A DNA stretch of 64,000 bases, taken from positions 269,538-333,537 of the forward strand of contig CAWJBB010000041.1 of NCBI GenBank assembly GCA_963840855.1. Reading direction: 5' to 3'. Below, one piece after another: positions 59,148 through 64,000 of the stretch (positions are counted from its first letter, which is position 1; each line of letters opens with the position of its first letter). A program made the translations under genes and the position numbers. The notes under the pieces were generated by a model that made no database searches, had not been told where the DNA came from, and saw nothing but the letters and a program-made list of their open reading frames with translations. The DNA is from an uncultured delta proteobacterium (lineage in GTDB: Bacteria; Desulfobacterota; Binatia; UBA9968).

Positions 59148-59183
59148 TTTCCATTTCGGATTTACGTTAGAGAGGCAGGCTTT

Positions 59184-60179
59184 GTGAACATTCTTCTATT
59201 GGGGCGGGCGAGGGACGATCCTTCGACCACAGATCAAGCGCTCGGCGCTCGCTTATTGGGGCAGATGCTGGCCGGTAATCAAGACATCGTCGTTTCCGAG
59301 GAGGTCTTCCGGCGCGACCACGGCGATCTTGAGAGAAAGCTCGCCAGTTGGCGAGATAAAATTTCGGCCGTGATCGGGACGACCAACGTTTTCGAGTCAA
59401 CTCGCCTGGGAGAACTCGCTGCAAAAATGAATCTCTTGTGCTTCGTCGCCAATAACAATCCGGCGGTTTGGCAAAGGCGGAGGCAGGTGTTTCATATTGG
59501 ACTGCCGACCAGCCAGACGACGGCCGCCGTGGCGGCGCGTATCGAGAGCATCCGGTGGCGACGGGTTCTGCTGCTCCATGACCAGACGCAGTTTCAAAGC
59601 CGAGTAGCTTCTAGCATGAGGGATGCGTTGGGAGCACACGGGGTGGACAGCCGATCCCAGCCGGTATCGTTCGAAGAAGGCGTTCAGATCTCACGCGAGT
59701 GGCGGCCCGACTTAATTTACGTTATTTTTTCCAGCGAGCCGAAAGCCGTGCGCCTTTTGCGGATGATCAGAAGCATTTCGCCGGGAATTCCGATTTTGTT
59801 CGGCCGTACGCTCTTGAGAGAGAGCTTCTTGGAGATCCTGAGCGATTATCCGGGTGAGTGCTGGTTCGTCGACATGTTCCATCGGAACGGCCATCAAACG
59901 GCGGCACAGAGTGAGTTTTTTCAGGAGATGGAGGCGAACGGTGTAAAAGTACCGACCGCAAATCATGCCTTCGGTTGGGACGGCCTGGCACATTGCGCAA
60001 CGGCTCTAAACGCTGCCGGAGGTGATCCGTCCCGCGCGATCGACTATCTGGAATCTGGCGTCAGGCTAGAAGGGGCTAGCGGTGCGTGTTGTTTTAGCCC
60101 TGAGAATCATAACGGACGCTTTGAGCCGGGGCCTCATACGCTTACACGGTGGCACCGTCATCAACTCGAAGATGTGTGA
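59184..60179 (+). CDS. Type 1 periplasmic-binding-fold protein (LivJ-like), no clear signal peptide
   Basis: AVIGTT, RPDLIYV, AFGWDG, GASG...F. Confidence 0.55.
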   Translation: MNILLLGRARDDPSTTDQALGARLLGQMLAGNQDIVVSEEVFRRDHGDLERKLASWRDKISAVIGTTNVFESTRLGELAAKMNLLCFVANNNPAVWQRRRQVFHIGLPTSQTTAAVAARIESIRWRRVLLLHDQTQFQSRVASSMRDALGAHGVDSRSQPVSFEEGVQISREWRPDLIYVIFSSEPKAVRLLRMIRSISPGIPILFGRTLLRESFLEILSDYPGECWFVDMFHRNGHQTAAQSEFFQEMEANGVKVPTANHAFGWDGLAHCATALNAAGGDPSRAIDYLESGVRLEGASGACCFSPENHNGRFEPGPHTLTRWHRHQLEDV

Positions 60180-60347
60180 TTGATTCGGGTTTAGCAGAGC
60201 GGGGAATAGCGAACGTTGGTGGTAATCCTGGCGGGTCGGACCAGCGTAAACCCATTGATTCAGCGATAGAAGATTGTATAAATAGCGCGGTCTAGAGGCT
60301 TAGAATTCGTTTTTTCCCGTGAAAAAGCGGGCTCTAAGACACAAGCG

Positions 60348-60656
60348 ATGCCACGCGCCAGCCGCCATTTTCTGCCCGGTTACATCTGGCACCTCACTCA
60401 CCGCTGCCACCACAAGTCCTTCCTGCTAAAATTTGTGCGTGATCGGACTCGTTACTTGCAGTGGCTATTCGAAGCCAAGAAACGGTTCGGTCTTTCGGTG
60501 CTCGGCTATATGGTGACGTCGAACCACGTTCATCCGTTGGTCAAAGATAACCGACCTACGTTGATGATCAGGTCTTGGATCTTGGGATTCCGGAGAACAT
60601 CAGAATTAGCTTTCCCATCTAGCCAATCTTGGCAGAGCCACGCCTTCCATCCTTAG
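60348..60656 (+). pseudogene. Truncated Y1 (RAYT-like) transposase
   Basis: MPRASRHFLPGYIWHLTHRCH..YMVTSNHVH (HUH), then loses similarity; no catalytic Tyr region. Confidence 0.75.
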
Positions 60657-60682
60657 TCCAATAGCGCCGCTAGATCGATGAA

Positions 60683-61009
60683 TCATGCCACGCGTTTCCG
60701 CAGCGGGCGGACCGTAAGCTGCATTCCCATCGCTCGCAGGAGAGCTCTCAGGCTCTTCAGTTCCGGATTGCCCTTAGACGAAAGCTTTCGATAGAACGTA
60801 TTGACGTTCAACTCCGCCTGTTCCGCAAGTTTCGGAACGCCGCCGAAAGCTTTGGACATGCGTCGCAACGCGAGCATCAATTCCTCTTGGTCGCCGTCTT
60901 CGAGGACTGAGTTTAAATACTCAGCCGCGAAGGCCGGGTCTTTGCGAAAGCTCTCTACCGTTGCCTCTTCGTGGCTACGGGATGCGGCTGATTTTGATTT
61001 TCGGGTCAT
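60683..61009 (-). CDS. Addiction-module antidote protein (HTH, HI1420-like)
   Basis: DPAFAAEYL..LEDGD..L..ALR..G...LAEQAEL...YR.LS.KGNPEL. Confidence 0.85.
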   Translation of the reverse strand: MTRKSKSAASRSHEEATVESFRKDPAFAAEYLNSVLEDGDQEELMLALRRMSKAFGGVPKLAEQAELNVNTFYRKLSSKGNPELKSLRALLRAMGMQLTVRPLRKRVA

Positions 61010-61319
61010 GTTCTTCTCCGCTGGTAGTCGCGCCAGTATCTTATCGCCTCTTTGATATTGTATCTTGCTAATCTCCGCTACCGGTCATATGGGCATATCA
61101 AGGCGAAGGCTTTGGTGATCTGCCACGGATACCCCATGTCCAGGGCGATGGCCGCGATGGCGCCGGTGACGTTCACCGGGATCAATTCGCCTCCATTTTG
61201 TTGCCGCTTTTTGCTGCACTCGTCACGCGAATTTTGAATATGGTCTCTGTTCTCATGGGCGCTTTCCCAAGCGGTTCTTTGTAAGACTCTCTAGCAGATT
61301 CGTGACGATGGCCGCAATG

Positions 61320-61631
61320 ATAGATACTAACCATAGAATTGTTATACCGAACGAGTTTAAGAAAATTTATCGCGCCCCTTCGATCTTACTCAGGGTGGTG
61401 AGCACAGTCGAACCACAAGCACGCTAAGCTCGCAAAGAAAGATTCTCTGTCGTTTCGACCGAAGGGAGAAATCTTTCTTAGATCCCTCGCATTCGCTCGG
61501 GATGACGGGCCTCGGCCCGTCACCTTGGCGTCCTTGGCGTTCCCTTCGACGGGACTCAGGACATGCTTTGCGCGAGATCCAATCTTTTCCGCTCTTCTCG
61601 TAATCGGATAATTTCAAATATGTTTGGCTAG
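61320..61631 (+). repeat. MITE-like repeat R2, copy 2, with two nested REP-like inserts
   Basis: Matches 20483-20722 plus inserts cccttcgatcttactcagggtggtgagcacagtcgaacc and cccttcgacgggactcaggacatg. Confidence 0.75.
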
Positions 61632-61816
61632 TTTTTTCCGGCGCGACTTATCCGCTACTTCCTTGATCGGCTCGCGGATCGGACGCAGATCGAAAGACAT
61701 CCGTTTGCATTCGGGGGAGCTGATGGTCTAAGACTTTGAGCGCACCGGTAGCGGTGAGCCAATTATGATTTTGGATTGCCAATCGTAACGCGGGTCGCTC
61801 GGCCAGGAGGGTCCTC

Positions 61817-62770
61817 GTGAAAATTAGTACAAGAATTTCGCTCGTGCTGATTGCGTTGGTTTTTCAGTGTACTGGATTTTACCGAGCGGAGGCGCAACTC
61901 AGCCGCGTCCGGATCGCGCATCCCAACGAAAACGTGGCGTGGTTTCCCGTCTATGTCGCGATCAAGAAGGGGATCTTTGCCAAACATGGTCTGGAAATTC
62001 TGATGATTCAAATCCCCTCCAGGCTGGCGATCACGGCCCTTGCGACCAAGGAGATCGAGTATATTTCTACCTTGGGGACGCCCATGAATGCGCTATCCCG
62101 CGGGCTTCCGGGCAAAGTCGTGATGATCAACAATCACAAGCCGTTCTTTGTATTGATGACCCGCCCGGAGATCAAATCTTCTAAGGAGCTGCAGGGGCGC
62201 ACGGTGGCCGTCGGTCAGATCGGTGGGGCGGTGGATCTGTCGCTACTGTGGATACTTGAAAGCTTCGGAATGAAAAGGGCGGACATCAACGTACTCCCCG
62301 CCGGTACGGGCGCCAACGCTTTCTTGATGCTGCGGGCGAAAAAAGTCGATGCGGCTATGGTTAGCGTCCCGGCGGATATCGTCCTCGAAAAGGAGGGCTT
62401 TAGGCCGCTGGCCTATTTGAAGGATCTGGTGGAGGCTCCGACGGGCGCTTACATAGTGTTGGAAGAACGAGTGCGTAAGAGTCGCGATGAGATCAAAAGG
62501 CTCATCATGGGCACTCTTGAAGGCATCTCCTATACCAAGACCCATCGGGAAGACGTGATTCCATTTCTCAAAGACTTTCTCAAGCTCGATAACGTCGAAA
62601 TGGCCGCGAAAGGCTACGACCAAATTAGAGACATCTGGCCCGATGACGGCTTAGCATCCGAGCAGGGATTGAGAAGAACGGCTACGCTCGCCGGCGTCCC
62701 GCCTGACACGCCGATAGGTCAAATCTTCGACTGGTCTATACTTAAGGAAGCGGTTGCGGCGCTCAAGTAA
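61817..62770 (+). CDS. ABC substrate-binding protein, NMT1/SsuA-like
   Basis: Signal peptide; PVYVAIKKGIFAKHGLE, IKSSKELQGRTVAV. Confidence 0.82.
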   Translation: MKISTRISLVLIALVFQCTGFYRAEAQLSRVRIAHPNENVAWFPVYVAIKKGIFAKHGLEILMIQIPSRLAITALATKEIEYISTLGTPMNALSRGLPGKVVMINNHKPFFVLMTRPEIKSSKELQGRTVAVGQIGGAVDLSLLWILESFGMKRADINVLPAGTGANAFLMLRAKKVDAAMVSVPADIVLEKEGFRPLAYLKDLVEAPTGAYIVLEERVRKSRDEIKRLIMGTLEGISYTKTHREDVIPFLKDFLKLDNVEMAAKGYDQIRDIWPDDGLASEQGLRRTATLAGVPPDTPIGQIFDWSILKEAVAALK

Positions 62771-62805
62771 GTTGAAGTCAGCCGCCGAACCGGGAGGGAG
62801 ATGAC

Positions 62806-63897
62806 ATGCTCTATCGCGCAGATCAATTAGGAAGCCTGTTGCGTCCAGCGGAACTGCTGGAGGCGAGGGCCGCCAGGGCGGCGGACCGAATGTCATTAGA
62901 GCAGCTGCGAGAACTCGAGGATAAGGCGATCCTCGATGCCCTAGAGATGCAGCGCGAGAGTGGAATAGAAGTTTTTACAGACGGCGAGTACCGCCGGAGC
63001 ACGTTCCGCAGCGGTTTCGCCGAGGCCGTAGAGGGAACGGTCCAGGCCGAGTCGGGCCGCCAGTGGAGCGGTCGGCCTATCGGCGCGCAGGGAGATACGG
63101 AACGAGTTGTGGGCGGAAAACTCCGGCAAATTCGCCGTCTCACCGCCCACGAGTCCTCTTTTCTCAAACAGCACGCTCCCGGACCTTGCAAAGTGACGGT
63201 TCCCAGTGCTGGATACTTGGGGTGCCGAGCCTACCGGCGCGGGATCACAGACAAGGTTTATCCCACTGTCGCCGAGTTGCTGCGCGATATCGCCGTGATT
63301 ATCCGCGGCGAAATTAGCTCGCTTATTGAGGAAGGCGTACCATACATTCAACTCGATGCTCCCGGATACGCGGCATTCGTCGATGAGACCCAGAGACAGC
63401 GCATGCGTGAAGACGGCGTTGACCTGGACCGGGCCTTCGAGGAATTTCTCATGGCCGACAACCAATCCGTACAGGGATTGAGACGCGACGGGGTAACCTT
63501 GGCCATTCACATCTGCCGCGGCAACAGCCGCAGTAATTGGCACTCCCAGGGTGGATACGAGCCCATCGCCGAAAAACTATTTAACAAATTGGATATCGAT
63601 ACTTTTTTGCTGGAATATGACACGGAGCGGGCCGGCGGCTTCGAGCCGCTCAGATTTGTGCCGAAAGGAAAACATGTAGTCCTGGGGTTGATCACCACGA
63701 AACAAGGGCGTCTGGAGCCGCAAGATGAGCTTATCCGGCGCATCGACGAGGCGTCGAAGTACGTGCCCATCGAGAACTTGTCACTGAGCCCCCAGTGCGG
63801 CTTTGCGTCGGGCGCGGCGGGAAACTTGATTTCCTGGGACGATCAGCGGCGTAAACTGGAATTAGTGGCGCAAACCGCCCGCAAAGTCTGGGGATGA
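62806..63897 (+). CDS. Cobalamin-independent methionine synthase II family protein
   Basis: RADQLGSLLRP, TDGEYRR, YIQLDAP, HICRGN, LEYDTERAG, SPQCGFAS. Confidence 0.9.
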   Translation: MLYRADQLGSLLRPAELLEARAARAADRMSLEQLRELEDKAILDALEMQRESGIEVFTDGEYRRSTFRSGFAEAVEGTVQAESGRQWSGRPIGAQGDTERVVGGKLRQIRRLTAHESSFLKQHAPGPCKVTVPSAGYLGCRAYRRGITDKVYPTVAELLRDIAVIIRGEISSLIEEGVPYIQLDAPGYAAFVDETQRQRMREDGVDLDRAFEEFLMADNQSVQGLRRDGVTLAIHICRGNSRSNWHSQGGYEPIAEKLFNKLDIDTFLLEYDTERAGGFEPLRFVPKGKHVVLGLITTKQGRLEPQDELIRRIDEASKYVPIENLSLSPQCGFASGAAGNLISWDDQRRKLELVAQTARKVWG

Positions 63898-63903
63898 CCG
63901 TTT

Positions 63904-63975
63904 CAAGATAGCCATAGAGGATAGAGAATAGAGAATTGAGGATGGCGATCTTCGATCCTCCATTCTCGATCTTCG
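63904..63975. repeat. Inverted arrays of degenerate 7-mers (GAGGATA / TCGATCC); similar arrays at 1830-1860 and 7081-7190
   Basis: gaggata-gagaata-gagaatt-gaggatg ... tcgatcc-tccattc-tcgatct. Confidence 0.5.
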
Positions 63976-64000
63976 GTCTGGTCGAAAGCGGGAGGGTTTC

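Overview
Bacterial genomic window. The gene repertoire (many orphan solute-binding proteins, family III CoA-transferases, crotonases, an amidohydrolase, a MetE-II-like protein) suggests Candidatus Binatia or a related Deltaproteobacteria-like organism; this is an inference. The centre (~24.4-47.9 kb) is a defence island. It contains, in order: a Zn-ribbon gene; a DCD-domain (PUA/EVE/YTH-like) AAA+ ATPase; an atypical BREX locus (brxE-brxA-brxB-brxC-pglX::IS21-[HhH glycosylase-like gene]-pglZ-brxL) whose BrxL lacks the Lon domain and ends in a MITD1-like PLD-fold domain; and a tightly coupled three-gene module (small helical protein, Rad50/SMC-like ABC ATPase with a CPIC hook, PD-(D/E)xK-like nuclease) that I cannot match to a named system. 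The flanks are a patchwork of toxin-antitoxin modules (one split and partly inverted), gene fragments, nested MITE/REP-like repeats, and Y1 (HUH) tyrosine transposases or their remnants bounded by GGGGTCGGG-type terminal inverted repeats that also bracket cargo genes. Nearly all frameshifts resolve as single-base insertions, which points to sequencing error rather than decay. No rRNA, tRNA or CRISPR array was recognised. All family calls are by motif recognition, not database search.
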